Assembly (NCBI GenBank): GCA_965217895.1
Contig: CBDCJV010000002.1
Span: forward strand, 480,001 to 544,000
Reading direction: 5' to 3'
Origin: Waterburya sp.
Lineage (GTDB): Bacteria > Cyanobacteriota > Cyanobacteriia > Cyanobacteriales > Xenococcaceae
Length of the DNA stretch: 64,000 nt
Below are positions 49,000-59,657 of this stretch, piece after piece. Both the position numbers and the translations under genes were made by a program. Numbering within the stretch: position 1 is the first letter of the stretch; every line of letters starts with the position of its first letter. The notes under the pieces were generated by a model that saw nothing but the letters and a program-made list of their open reading frames with translations, ran no database searches and was not told the DNA's origin.

Positions 49000-51561
49000 T
49001 TAAAGTCCAGGATGATGGAATCGCTGTCTTGCCCATCGCTTAAAGCCTTTGGCTGACAAAACAGATTGATGGCGATCGAAGATACGATAAGCTGCTAATT
49101 TTATGCGGTCTTCAATTAGAAATCCAATTAAAGCATATCCCCAAACAAATAAAGCCCACTTCCAACCAATTGGAGTCATCAGTAAGCCATAAACGGCAAT
49201 GATAGTAGCGATCGCCTGAGTGACCAGTACCGCACCTAATAATATTGATGCGGGTTTGATTGTCCAGAAAGGTCCTCGCGTCCGCGTTACAAAGATGGTG
49301 AGATGACCTGCCACTGAAAGCTTGAGATAAATTAAAGTCTGAATCACTTCTCGGCTGAGTTGAAAATAGGTTTCTCCCAGGTAGAAAAGACCAAAGGATT
49401 CAATTACCCCAGCTAATCCTAATACTGTTGCTACTCCCATAACTACGGGCATATTCCAGGCTTCAGGGCGATCGGCAGAATGAGTGCGGTCATAGGCAAT
49501 TGATAAAATAGCACCATCGTTGAGTAGTGCCAGCAGCACAATCATAATTGCCGTGACTGGGTAAAAGTTAAAGACCAAAATTGATAAGGTCATAAACACC
49601 AGCACTCGTATAGTTTCGGCAATACGGTAGGTAGCATAGCTGTTCATCCGTTGGAAAATTTTGCGACTCTCTTTAATCGCATCTATAATCACCGATAGTC
49701 CTGATGTCAACAGGACAATATCCGCTGCTGCCCTTGCTGCATCAGTAGCACCCGAAACAGCAATACCTGCATCGGCTTTTTTTAGTGCTGGGGCATCATT
49801 TACCCCATCCCCCGTCATGCCTACTATATGACCTTGCTGTTGTAAGACATCAACAATGTGATATTTATGTTCGGGAAAAACCTGGGCAAAACCATCTGCC
49901 TCCTCAATGGCATCAGCAAGCTGTCCGATTTGATGAGGATTGGTTTCGGCAAACATATTAGCATTGAGAATATTTTCCCCTAAGCTCAACTGATGAGCAG
50001 TCTCTTTGGCGATCGCTTGCTGATCTCCAGTGAGCATTTTGATCTTTACTCCCAAATGACGGGCAGCTTCAATCGTAGACTGAGAATCTTCTCGTGGCGG
50101 ATCGAAAAGTGACAGTACGCCGAGAAATTGCCATTGTTCTCGTTCATCGGTGCGAGCTACCCCAAGAGAACGAAACCCGCGCTGGGCAAATTGATTAATT
50201 GTTTGCTCTACTTGATCGGTAATTTGAGGTGCATTGGCTGATAAAGCCAAGATTACCTGGGGCGCACCCTTACTGACTTTAAAATTTCGACCGTTTGCCG
50301 TTCTAACTTCAGCTTCAGTGCGTTTACTAACGGGATCGAAAGGCTGAAAGTGAATAATTTGGTAGTTATCTAAAGTCTGGTTGGCTGGTAAACCACTAAG
50401 CACCGCTAGGTCGATTGGATCTCGATCTTCACTGCGGGAAGCCAATGCCGCACTTAGAATCACCTGTTCTTTGGTAGTTTCTCCAATGCTGAAGGGTTCG
50501 CCCAGAGTTAACTGATTTAGAGTTAACGTACCTGTCTTATCAGAGCAAAGTATATCAATTCCTGCTAGTTCCTCGATCGCAGCCAGACGGCTGACGATAG
50601 CCTGTTTCTTTGCTAGATTTTGCGCTCCTACTGCCATCGTTACCGACAAAACCGTAGGCATAGCTACGGGGATCGAAGCTACAGTTAAAACTAGGGCAAA
50701 TTGTAAGGTTGTAACCATCCCGTCACCGCGAAACACTGCTACTGACAAGATCAGCGTGACGAGGAATAATGCCACCAAAATTAGATAATTACCAATCTTC
50801 AAAACGGCTCGTTGAAAATGGCTGGTAGTGTGGGCAGTTTCTACTAGATGGGCAGTTTTGCCAAAATAGGTATTAGCACCTGTGGCATAGACTAAGCCAT
50901 CGATTTCGCCTCGTTTGAGAACCGAACCTGAATAAACCGTTTCTCCTGAATTTCGAGTGACGATTAATGATTCCCCCGTTAGGGCTGACTGGTCGATCTC
51001 TACCGAATCCCCCTCTAAAAGTCGGGTGTCGGCGGGGACAATATCCCCAATCCGCAAACGGATAATATCTCCTGGCACTAATTCCAGAGCGGAAATAGTT
51101 TTCCAGACTCGATCGCGTTTGACCCGTGCTTTAAGTGCTAACTTGGCTTTGAGAGCAGCGATCGCATTTCCTGCCTGATACTCTTCCCAAAAACCAATAA
51201 TGGCATTAACCACTAACAAAGTTAGAATAATACCAAAATCAGCCCAGTCTCTGACGAGTGCCGAAAGGATTGCAGCTATTTCAATCATCCAGGCGATCGG
51301 ATTCCAAAAATGAGTCAATAATTGCTGTAAAGTACTGGTGCTTGATTCTGCTAACTCGTTGTTACCGTACTTCGACAAGCGAGTTGTCGCTTCAGACTGA
51401 CACAAACCATCAGTAGAACTATCTAACTGAGTTTGTAGTTGAGTTAAGGATAAACTGTTAACCCGCTCTTCAGTTAAGGAAGATTCGTTTGCAGATATAG
51501 AGGTGCGAGCTTGGCTTTGAGAATGGTTTTTCTGGTTACGCGATCGCTGTTTAAATGCCAT
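49000..51561 (-). CDS. Plasma-membrane proton-efflux P-type ATPase (type IIIA)
   Basis: FWNPIAWMIE, SIPVAMPTVLSVTMAVGA, DKTGTLT, PFDPVSKRT, FAQVFPEHKY, YRIAETI, LLNDGAILSIAYD. Confidence 0.93.
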   Translation of the reverse strand: MAFKQRSRNQKNHSQSQARTSISANESSLTEERVNSLSLTQLQTQLDSSTDGLCQSEATTRLSKYGNNELAESSTSTLQQLLTHFWNPIAWMIEIAAILSALVRDWADFGIILTLLVVNAIIGFWEEYQAGNAIAALKAKLALKARVKRDRVWKTISALELVPGDIIRLRIGDIVPADTRLLEGDSVEIDQSALTGESLIVTRNSGETVYSGSVLKRGEIDGLVYATGANTYFGKTAHLVETAHTTSHFQRAVLKIGNYLILVALFLVTLILSVAVFRGDGMVTTLQFALVLTVASIPVAMPTVLSVTMAVGAQNLAKKQAIVSRLAAIEELAGIDILCSDKTGTLTLNQLTLGEPFSIGETTKEQVILSAALASRSEDRDPIDLAVLSGLPANQTLDNYQIIHFQPFDPVSKRTEAEVRTANGRNFKVSKGAPQVILALSANAPQITDQVEQTINQFAQRGFRSLGVARTDEREQWQFLGVLSLFDPPREDSQSTIEAARHLGVKIKMLTGDQQAIAKETAHQLSLGENILNANMFAETNPHQIGQLADAIEEADGFAQVFPEHKYHIVDVLQQQGHIVGMTGDGVNDAPALKKADAGIAVSGATDAARAAADIVLLTSGLSVIIDAIKESRKIFQRMNSYATYRIAETIRVLVFMTLSILVFNFYPVTAIMIVLLALLNDGAILSIAYDRTHSADRPEAWNMPVVMGVATVLGLAGVIESFGLFYLGETYFQLSREVIQTLIYLKLSVAGHLTIFVTRTRGPFWTIKPASILLGAVLVTQAIATIIAVYGLLMTPIGWKWALFVWGYALIGFLIEDRIKLAAYRIFDRHQSVLSAKGFKRWARQRFHHPGL

Positions 51562-51661
51562 TTTGATTCTTTAAATAAGGTTTTCACTTTATTGGCAAGG
51601 GCTTTGGGGGAAATTATGATTGGTTAAAACTTTGCTTTGTTTTGAAATTACAGAAACAGTT

Positions 51662-51677
51662 TGAAGAACTTATGAGG
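51662..51677 (-). promoter_or_regulatory. Island box CCTCATAAGTTCTTCA upstream of the H+-ATPase
   Basis: Followed after 11 nt by TAATTT. Confidence 0.78.
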
Positions 51678-51706
51678 GAATTAATAACTGACTAAAGCCG
51701 AAATTT

Positions 51707-54700
51707 TTAACGATGCTTTTTTCTCATCAGCCACTTCTCGATCTCCATAGCAAAAAAAACTATGCTACTTAAAATCAAGCAAATAGTTAGATCGAGCCTT
51801 GACAGAGGAATAGTTTGAAAAATGTTTTGCAATAAGGGTAGATAAACCACTGCTAGCTGCAAACTAAAAGTCAGCAAAACTGCTCCCAATGAAGGCTTGT
51901 TACCCAGCAAGCCAATACTAAATAACGATTCTCGTTCAGAGCGCATGGTTTGAGCAAGTCCTATCCGAGAAAAAGCCAAGGTAGTAAACACCATAGTTTG
52001 CCAACTAGCCTGACCTTTTGACCAATAGCTATATGCCACTGCCAGTAATACTAAACCTAAAAGCAACCCCACCCAAACAATATCTAGACCTACCCCGCGA
52101 CCGAAGATACTCTCATTTGGTTTGTAGGGTCTGCGTTGCATAATCTTACGCTCCCCTGGCTCTACACTTAAAGCTAGTGCCAACAGACCGTCGGCTAATA
52201 GATTAATCCAGAGAATTTGTAGAGGTAATAGGGGTAGTGGCATTCCCCAAACAGGAGCGAGGATAATTACCCAAAGTTCGCCACAGTTACCAGTCAAAGT
52301 ATACTTAATGAACTTACGAATATTGTCGTAGATAACTCGATCTTCTTTGATCGCAGCAACAACAGTAGTAAAGTTATCGTCCAGCAAGACCATATCTGCT
52401 GTTTCTTTAGCGACATCCGTACCAGTTATGCCCATCGCTACGCCAATATCGGCTTTCTTTAAAGCTGGGGCATCATTAACCCCATCCCCTGTCATTGCCA
52501 CAACTTGACCACGACTTTGCAAAGCGCGAACAATTTCTAGTTTTTGCTGTGGGGACACTCGCGCATAGACAGAAACCGATTCAACTGTGTTTGCTAATTC
52601 TTTAACTGAGAGATGTTTCAGATCTTGACCAGTGAGAAACCTTTCGTTAGAGGAAATCCCCAATTCGCGAGCAATATGCATAGCCGTAAGAGGATGATCC
52701 CCCGTAATCATCACAGGACGAATGCCAGCAGTTTGGCAAGTCTGCACTGCATTCTTAACTTCAGATCTCGCTGGGTCAAGCATTCCTACTACACCCAAGA
52801 AGATTAGATTTTGCTCGACACTGTTAATCTCTGTCCCAGAAGGAAGAGTTTCTAAGGGTTTAAAAGCGACACCAAGAACGCGCATCCCGTCTCGTGCCAG
52901 CCCTTCACTAAGCTGCAAAATTCTTTGCTGCCAGCGATCATTGAGTGGTTCAGGCTGTCCGTTTACCCAGACCTGACTGACAACTTCCAGTAGGCTATCG
53001 ACAGCACCTTTAGTAAAAACAATGCTTCCCGACTGCTCTAGCACTAACTCCCAAGGCAACATCGACTTAAGAGATTGGGGAAGCTGGCTGTTGTCTCTCG
53101 GAAGTTGGTGAACTGTGGTCATCCGCTTGCGCTCGGCATCAAAAGGAATCTCAGCACAACGCAGAAAGACTTCTTCTAAGTTAGCTTTCCAAAGTCCCTG
53201 ACGGGCAGCAGCTACTACCAAAGCATTCTCAGTCGGATCTCCAATGGAATGATGTGGGTCGTCGTCTTCCGATTTCAACACAGCATCATTGCATAGGGCT
53301 GCACTAGTTAGGAGAAGAGTTAAGGCAGGTTGTCCTCTGAGTAAAATGGATTTTGCTTCCTGACGGGGAGACAACCTCTACAATCAATATGAGACAGGGG
53401 ACTTAGAAAACCTTGCAGCTCAATAAAAATACCAACGTAATTGATTTAATATTCAAGGGCAAAATTGGAGAAATCAGCAGAACTCTTAAATTATTCAGCT
53501 CAATTTAGGTTATGGGACATCAAATAGATAAAAATAACTGTCTTATTGAATAGAAGACAGTTAAAGTTTTAAAAATGTTACCTCAATTTTATCTTGATTA
53601 TCTCAAAACTTATCTTCCTGACTCTGAATTATTAACGTTACAAATTTTGGTTTGGCTACTACAAGCTCATCGACAGGTTAGAATAGAAAGACTCGCATCT
53701 AGCTTCCCTTATCCTATCAAATGTGAAAGCCGAAGAAAGAAAATACAACGCTTTTTAATATCATCAAGTTTGAGTTTATCTTTATTATGGTTTCCTGTGA
53801 TAAAAAAGATAATTGAGAATCAATTCAAGGCAGGCGATCGCTTAATTATTACTATCGACCGAACGCAATGGAAAAATAATAACATTTCGATGGTAAGTGT
53901 TATCTGGAAGAAAAGAGCCTTGCCAATTTATTGGTTACTATTATCAAAAAAAGGTAGCAGTAATTTCTACGAGCAAGTAGCTACAATTAGACCTATAATC
54001 AGGCTGCTTAATGATTATAAGCTAGTTATTATAGGTGATAGAGAGTATCGAAGTACAGCCTTCGCTCTTTGGCTAGCTAAAAAGAATATAGATTTTGTTC
54101 TTAGATTAAATAAAAATACTAAGATTGTAAGAGTGGTGGTTATAATTTAGAAGGAAGTCAAGCTAATCCACAACGTTTGACTAATTTAATTTTATTAATA
54201 GCCATCGCCTATACTGCTAGTTGTTTGGCAGGTTTAAAAATTAGAAATACTGGTCATCAAGAGTATATTAATCGCCTCAAACTTGAAGGAAAAAACCGAC
54301 CAAGACATAGTTATTTTTGGACAGGATTATACGGTACGACATGGGTATTATCTATGGATATATGTTGGGAGTGGGTCGAAAAATTAATGAAAACTGCTCT
54401 CAATAAACTATCATTTTATCTCAAAGGTCTTAAAGCTATGAAACTTATACAGAGTCTTGTTTAGCCTGGTTGTCTCCCCGTCAGTTTTGCTTCACTATTT
54501 TTTGGTATTGGTGTGGCACTGTCTAGAAGTTCAGCTAAATCTACTCTTTGACCAGCTACAGCCAGAAAGGTGACGGTCATGCGGTTCTCAGTCAAAGTTC
54601 CCGTTTTATCAGAGCAGATGGTGGTAACTGAACCCAAAGTTTCCACTGCTGGGAGTTTGCGGATTAAGGCTTTCCTGGTCAACATCCGCTGCGCTCCTAA

Positions 54701-55588
54701 AGCTAGGGCAATTGTTACCACTGCTGGTAAACCTTCTGGTATAGATGCTACTCCCACACTTACGGCGGTCAGAAACATTAACTTTAAATCTTCTCCCCGA
54801 AGCAAGCCCAGTATGAAAATTGCTGTGACTAGAAACAAAATTGCAATTCCTAGAACCCGCCCTAATACTTCTAAGCGTTGTTGTAGTCGGGTTGGTTCGC
54901 GACCTACAGTTTGAATAGCTCCCGCAATCTGACCTAACTCGGTACTCATTCCAGTTTCGGTAACTACCGCCAGTCCCCGACCATAGGTAACAAATGTTCC
55001 CATGTAAGTCATATTGAGGCGTTCGGCTAGAGGTAGCTCACCTCGATTCAATACCGAAGAATTTTTATCTATGGGTTCTGATTCGCCTGTTAGGGAAGCT
55101 TCCTGAATTCTTAGGCTGGCACTCTCTAACAAACGGCAGTCAGCAGGAATTAGATTTCCCGCTTCTAACATTACAATGTCGCCAGGCACTAACTCACGAG
55201 CTGAAATTTTCTCCACGCAACTATTACGGCGCACCCTAACTGAAGGTACTGCCAGCTTTTTAAGTGCAGCAAGAGACTGTTGGGCTTGATATTCTTGTTT
55301 AAATCCTATCAAAGTATTGAAAATAACGATCGCCAGGATAGCAATAGCATCTTTGAAGTCTCCCAAAATAGCTGAAACTAAGGCAGCAACCAGCAAAATC
55401 AATACCATAGTGGCGGTTAGCTGCTGCCATAAAATTTGCCAGGGACTCTCAATATTTCGCTCGATTAATTCATTAAAGCCATGTTTTTTGAGGCGACGAG
55501 CTACTTCTGATTTGCTCAAGCCTTGTACGGAATTAGTCTTGAGCTTTTGCAATACCTCAATTGAGTTCAACTTGTACCAATTACTCAT
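51707..55588 (-). pseudogene. Cation-transporting P-type ATPase disrupted by IS4
   Basis: Removing the IS and one target copy restores in-frame ..PKNSEAK|SILLRGQ..; DKTGTLT in the 5' part, GDGVND in the 3' part. Confidence 0.92.
53360..54484 (+). mobile_element. IS4-family element, internally deleted
   Basis: Perfect 17-bp TIRs ctgacggggagacaacc / ggttgtctccccgtcag; perfect 9-bp TSD ttttgcttc (53351-53359, 54485-54493); transposase pieces TIDRTQW and IGDREY, central part missing. Confidence 0.93.
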
Positions 55589-55590
55589 GC

Positions 55591-55821
55591 TCAATCTCGG
55601 TTATGCTTGCTAATTTCAACTAAAGATTTAATAGCCTCATTAAGTTGGACTTTAATCTGTTGGACTTCTGCAAAAGCGGAGTTTACTGGGGATGCTTGTC
55701 GATTAATTAAACTCAAATAAACTGGTTCAGTTATTAATTCAGTTGCATCAAGGGCATTCTCAACTTTTTGTATGGCTTCTTCTATCTCACTAGATTGAGA
55801 CAAAACTTTTCTCATATTCAT
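55591..55821 (-). CDS. Hypothetical protein
   Basis: 76-aa helical ORF abutting the ATPase start. Confidence 0.5.
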   Translation of the reverse strand: MNMRKVLSQSSEIEEAIQKVENALDATELITEPVYLSLINRQASPVNSAFAEVQQIKVQLNEAIKSLVEISKHNRD

Positions 55822-55891
55822 GGCTCAATTTTTCTTTTTTAATTGGAGAAGGTTTAGAAGAACTAGACTTTTCTGATTTCAAATTGATTAC

Positions 55892-55978
55892 TAGACCTCT
55901 TGCATGAATAATAAATTAGTTTTTATTACCTATTACCTCTTGGCAAAGTAGTCAGTAGTGATTCGTGCAAAAGGTCTA
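55892..55978. mobile_element. MITE-like element (TAGACCTCTTGCA ends)
   Basis: tagacctcttgcatgaat ... attcgtgcaaaaggtcta; same family as 3023-3115. Confidence 0.7.
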
Positions 55979-56628
55979 CTGGGCGGTATAGCCTCCATCA
56001 ATAACTAATTCACTACCTGTAATAAACTTAGATTCATCCGAAGCGAGATAGAGAATGCCATAGGCGATATCCTGGGGTTCACCCATATGACCAATGGGAT
56101 GTAAACTATCGAGGTGCTGCTTATATGCTTCAACCCCTTGGGGCGATCGCCTTCCTAAGTCTTCCACTAAAGGAGTCAAAATAAAGCCAGGATGCACGGA
56201 GTTAACTCGAATATTATCTTTAGCGTAAAAAAGAGCATCGGTTTTGCTCATCAGCCGCACAGCCCCTTTAGATGCGTGATAAGCAGGAATATCGGTTGCA
56301 CTAACAAGACCGTATATAGAAGAGAGATTGATAATACTACCTCCAGAACTTTGCATATATGGAATAGCGTGCTTAGTACAGAGAAATACCCCTTTGACAT
56401 TTATATTAATCACCTTGTCCCACTCATCTTCAGCTATCTCGTGGGTAGGCTTTCTACACCAGAAATTCCCGCATTATTAACCAGAACATCAATTTTTCCG
56501 AACTGATCATAAATCTCGGCAAACACCAGTTTTACTTCTGCTTCTTGGGCTAATAATATGCAGGTTGTTTGCCCAATTCCATTTGCGCCACCTGTTACAA
56601 TAGCTACTTTATCTTTTACTCTGTTCAT
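55976..56628 (-). pseudogene. Short-chain dehydrogenase/reductase, deleted and frameshifted
   Basis: TGGANGIG and NNAG in one frame; YHASK, NSVHPG, DGGYTAQ in another; residues missing after LLAQE. Confidence 0.85.
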
Positions 56629-56739
56629 TTTTTTCTCCTAGTTAAAAAATTGTTAGTAAGTAAGGTGAATCTCAAGCCTTGTCAGCAAGTAACTTCTTCA
56701 GAGATTGTTTGTGAACAAAAGATTAAATTGAAAGAGTGA

Positions 56740-56828
56740 TGGGGTAATTGGGGTAGTGAAGTTTCTATTTCTCCACCATCTCCCCTACTTCCCTATCTCC
56801 TCTACTACATGCGGCTAAAGCCTTTGTC
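56740..56828. repeat. Composite intergenic repeat, copy 2
   Basis: Same modules as 48840-48970, including an identical 27-mer at 56802-56828. Confidence 0.75.
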
Positions 56829-56867
56829 CACTTCTTTAGCCTTAATGTTTACTTTACAAACAGTTTC

Positions 56868-57239
56868 TCAGTCAGAGTCATGTTTGCAGCAGTAATCAAG
56901 GCAATTAACCGCTTGTTTTGTGAAAACCTTGGACGGATGTACCGCACATTTTAGATATTGGTTTTTAGCTAAAAATCGACAGTTTCTACAGGGAACTTTA
57001 GAAAAGCGTGGAATACTTAAACTGCTCTTATGTGTTGACTTAAATTTTGAAAAGAGCCAAAAAGAACGGCAACATATAAACAAAAGCGATAAAATAATCA
57101 CTAATAAATTACTGTCTACATTATTTATTTGGAGAGGCGAATTCTCTGATTTTTCTTTAATTGGCTGAGTTTCACTTAAGGCTATCCGATCGGTTTTTTC
57201 TAGTAAAGTATGTTTTCCGAAAAAATTGCGGTCAGACAT
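56868..57239 (-). CDS. Membrane-anchored protein with C-terminal Cys motif
   Basis: TM segment then PCRNCRF..YLKCAVHP..AVNCLDY, a motif familiar from cyanobacterial small proteins. Confidence 0.7.
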   Translation of the reverse strand: MSDRNFFGKHTLLEKTDRIALSETQPIKEKSENSPLQINNVDSNLLVIILSLLFICCRSFWLFSKFKSTHKSSLSIPRFSKVPCRNCRFLAKNQYLKCAVHPSKVFTKQAVNCLDYCCKHDSD

Positions 57240-57756
57240 ATCTTTTACCTCATCTTTAAAATTGAATTTAGGTACTTTTGTTTCCTTATCACCTATTCAA
57301 AAATATATGCGATTAGCTCGAACAAGCTGTGGTAGCTTCAAATTCGTAGTTTTTCTTTAATAATTGAAAGATGACAATATTTCTATAGGTATTAAAACAA
57401 CAGACTATTATCGTCTTATCATCTTCGGTAAAGGAATTAAAAGCACTGTGAAAATTGCGTCTAAGTTTGTGATGTATATTGCCAGTGAATTGGCACGACT
57501 GCATGATAATACCTTCATCAAATACTTTATAACGCCAATCTTGGAAATTAGAAATTATTTCATTTATTAAATTCATAATCTAGTAATCTATGAACGTTGT
57601 AATCTTGGTAATACCAATTGTGTGCTTTGAAACTCAACAAGGATGACGATCTTTCTAATTTATTTAAATTATCTTTTTTCCAAATTTTCAGACGATCTGG
57701 TTAGTCTGAAAAGCCCTGAATGCTCTATTCTGTTGTTAAGACTAAGGCAGGATTGT

Positions 57757-58485
57757 TTACCAAGGCACGAGCGATTGCGACACGCTGTTGTTGTCCGCTT
57801 GTTGCAGTTCTAATGCAGCTTGTGCTGCATCTCTAGTGGCTTGTTTCTGGACTACAGTTTGCTCGGAAATTGCTCCCTCACTTAACAGACTCTGATTGCG
57901 TTGCAAATCGTCTTCTGCCAGATGTAAGTCTACTTCGGCTTGACTTAGTTGCGCTTGTGCTTGGGCAATATCTTCGCTGCGATTCCCTGCTTCTAACTTT
58001 TGTAGATTGGCTTTAGCTTCGTCGAGTTGTGCCTGTCCCTGGGCAATGTCTTCACTTCGATTGCCGTTTATCAGTTTATTGAGATTGGCTTCTTGTTGGG
58101 CTAATTGAGCGCGAGCTTGAGTTAACTGCCTTTGAAGGTCTGAATCATCCATATAAGCTACAATTGCACCTTCTTCGACGCGATCGCCTTCTTTAACTAA
58201 TAATTGTTTTAAATAACCCGAAGTTTTGGGACTTAAATTAATAGTGCGTTCGGCTTCTACCGCACCATTAGCAGAGATGGTAATCGGCATACTCTTCTGT
58301 TGTACTGTCGTCGTTACCAACTGACTATTAGTATTTTGGGGTGCAACTACTCGATAAATTATCAATCCACCACCTGCGATTCCACCCGCTAACACTAAAC
58401 CAATTAACCAACGAGATTTTAACTGTTTGGGTAAAAATTTATACCAGGTATTAGAACGAAAAGATTGAGATTGTGGAGAAGTCAT
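57757..58485 (-). pseudogene. Truncated HlyD/RND periplasmic adaptor subunit
   Basis: NLSPKTSGYLKQLLVKEGDRV lipoyl half and coiled-coil GNRSEDIAQ repeats; second lipoyl half and beta-barrel missing. Confidence 0.8.
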
Positions 58486-58771
58486 AGTAATGATTCCTGA
58501 TAGAGATAATTAGAAACCGCAGTCTTTAAATAAGCTCGTTAGGTAAATAAAATAATTTAAATATTTTGGTAAGAACGATTAAACATATTGAAGTTTCTAT
58601 AGTTAAATTTTAAGCAAGCCCCTCGCTCTACCACATGGATCGATCTTCCCAATTTTATTTAGTACCAAAGTCCTATAAATTTTTACTCCTAAAATCAAAA
58701 CCTTTTATTTACCAATATTTTCGCCTTCTTTTGATCGAGAGTTTGAACATTATGAGATTAGAAAAAAACTT

Positions 58772-58820
58772 TGAAGAATTTATGAGGGAGAAATATTTTG
58801 TGTTCCTCATAAGTTCCTCA
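58772..58820. promoter_or_regulatory. Back-to-back pair of island boxes serving divergent promoters
   Basis: CCTCATAAATTCTTCA (minus, 58772-58787, +11 nt TAATCT) and CCTCATAAGTTCCTCA (plus, 58805-58820, +11 nt TAAGTT). Confidence 0.78.
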
Positions 58821-58877
58821 AAACTTAGCCTTAAGTTGAAAACTAATTAGAGCAGTCTCGTTAGGAAAAATAAGTAA

Positions 58878-59210
58878 ATGAGCAACAAACAAATTCCTCA
58901 AGATCGTTGGGTAGAGTTTTTCGACCAATTTACCAATGGCAATAGAAAGAGACTAATTAAGCTAGAAATAGTCGATCGCGAAAGTGGCGACGAAATTCCG
59001 ATTCAGAATGCTCCTCTATGGTCGCTAGTCTACGATCCTGTTGATAAAGGTAATGATTTGACGATTGAAACAGGACGAGATGAAGTGAACTACGCCCACA
59101 CGGTTCCTGCACCAAAGATAGTCTGGGAAAGACAAGATAGTAATGGCAAAGTGACCGCTTTAGAAATTATAGACGAGGGCAACACTCAAACCATTTTGCA
59201 CCTCAAGTAA
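58878..59210 (+). CDS. DUF5335-like protein
   Basis: IPQDRWVEFFDQFT..YDP..H.V.AP..ALEI pattern. Confidence 0.75.
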   Translation: MSNKQIPQDRWVEFFDQFTNGNRKRLIKLEIVDRESGDEIPIQNAPLWSLVYDPVDKGNDLTIETGRDEVNYAHTVPAPKIVWERQDSNGKVTALEIIDEGNTQTILHLK

Positions 59211-59231
59211 TAAGAATTAGTTGGAGTTATT

Positions 59232-59531
59232 ATGTCTTTTTCTTTGAATCACGGAACTCTCGTCACAATCGTATCTGAAACCGTATTACAAGATCGTTTA
59301 ATTAAACTATTAACAACATTAGGTGTCTCTGGCTACACGATTGTTCCAGTACAAGGTGCTGGTAGTCATGGTAGACGCACGGGAGATATAGCGGGCTACA
59401 ACACCAATATTGAGGTCAAAACTATTGTGACATCTGAAGTATCAGACAAGTTGCTTGAAGAACTGGGACATTTTCCCAAAACTTATGCCTTAATTGCTTT
59501 TCGGCAAAACGTAGAAGGATTGTTTGCATAA
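59232..59531 (+). CDS. PII-like (SbtB/GlnB superfamily) small signalling protein
   Basis: LVTIVSE..LGVSGYTI..VQGAGSHGRR..NIEVKTIV; 99 aa. Confidence 0.8.
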   Translation: MSFSLNHGTLVTIVSETVLQDRLIKLLTTLGVSGYTIVPVQGAGSHGRRTGDIAGYNTNIEVKTIVTSEVSDKLLEELGHFPKTYALIAFRQNVEGLFA

Positions 59532-59657
59532 CAAATACCACGCAAGCAATTAAAACTATAGTCAAAAATGCTTAATACGGTTTCTAGCTCTCTAGCATCC
59601 AGACTATTTCTTTAGGTAGAACTTCAATCCAGACAAAGAGTTAATAATTTTAAAGCC

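Noticed and set aside
57313..57576. Overlapping 87-aa and 68-aa ORFs
   Set aside because: Very AT-rich, no recognisable motif or RBS; cannot support a gene call
58635..58850. 71-aa ORF
   Set aside because: Runs through the divergent promoter boxes; probably spurious
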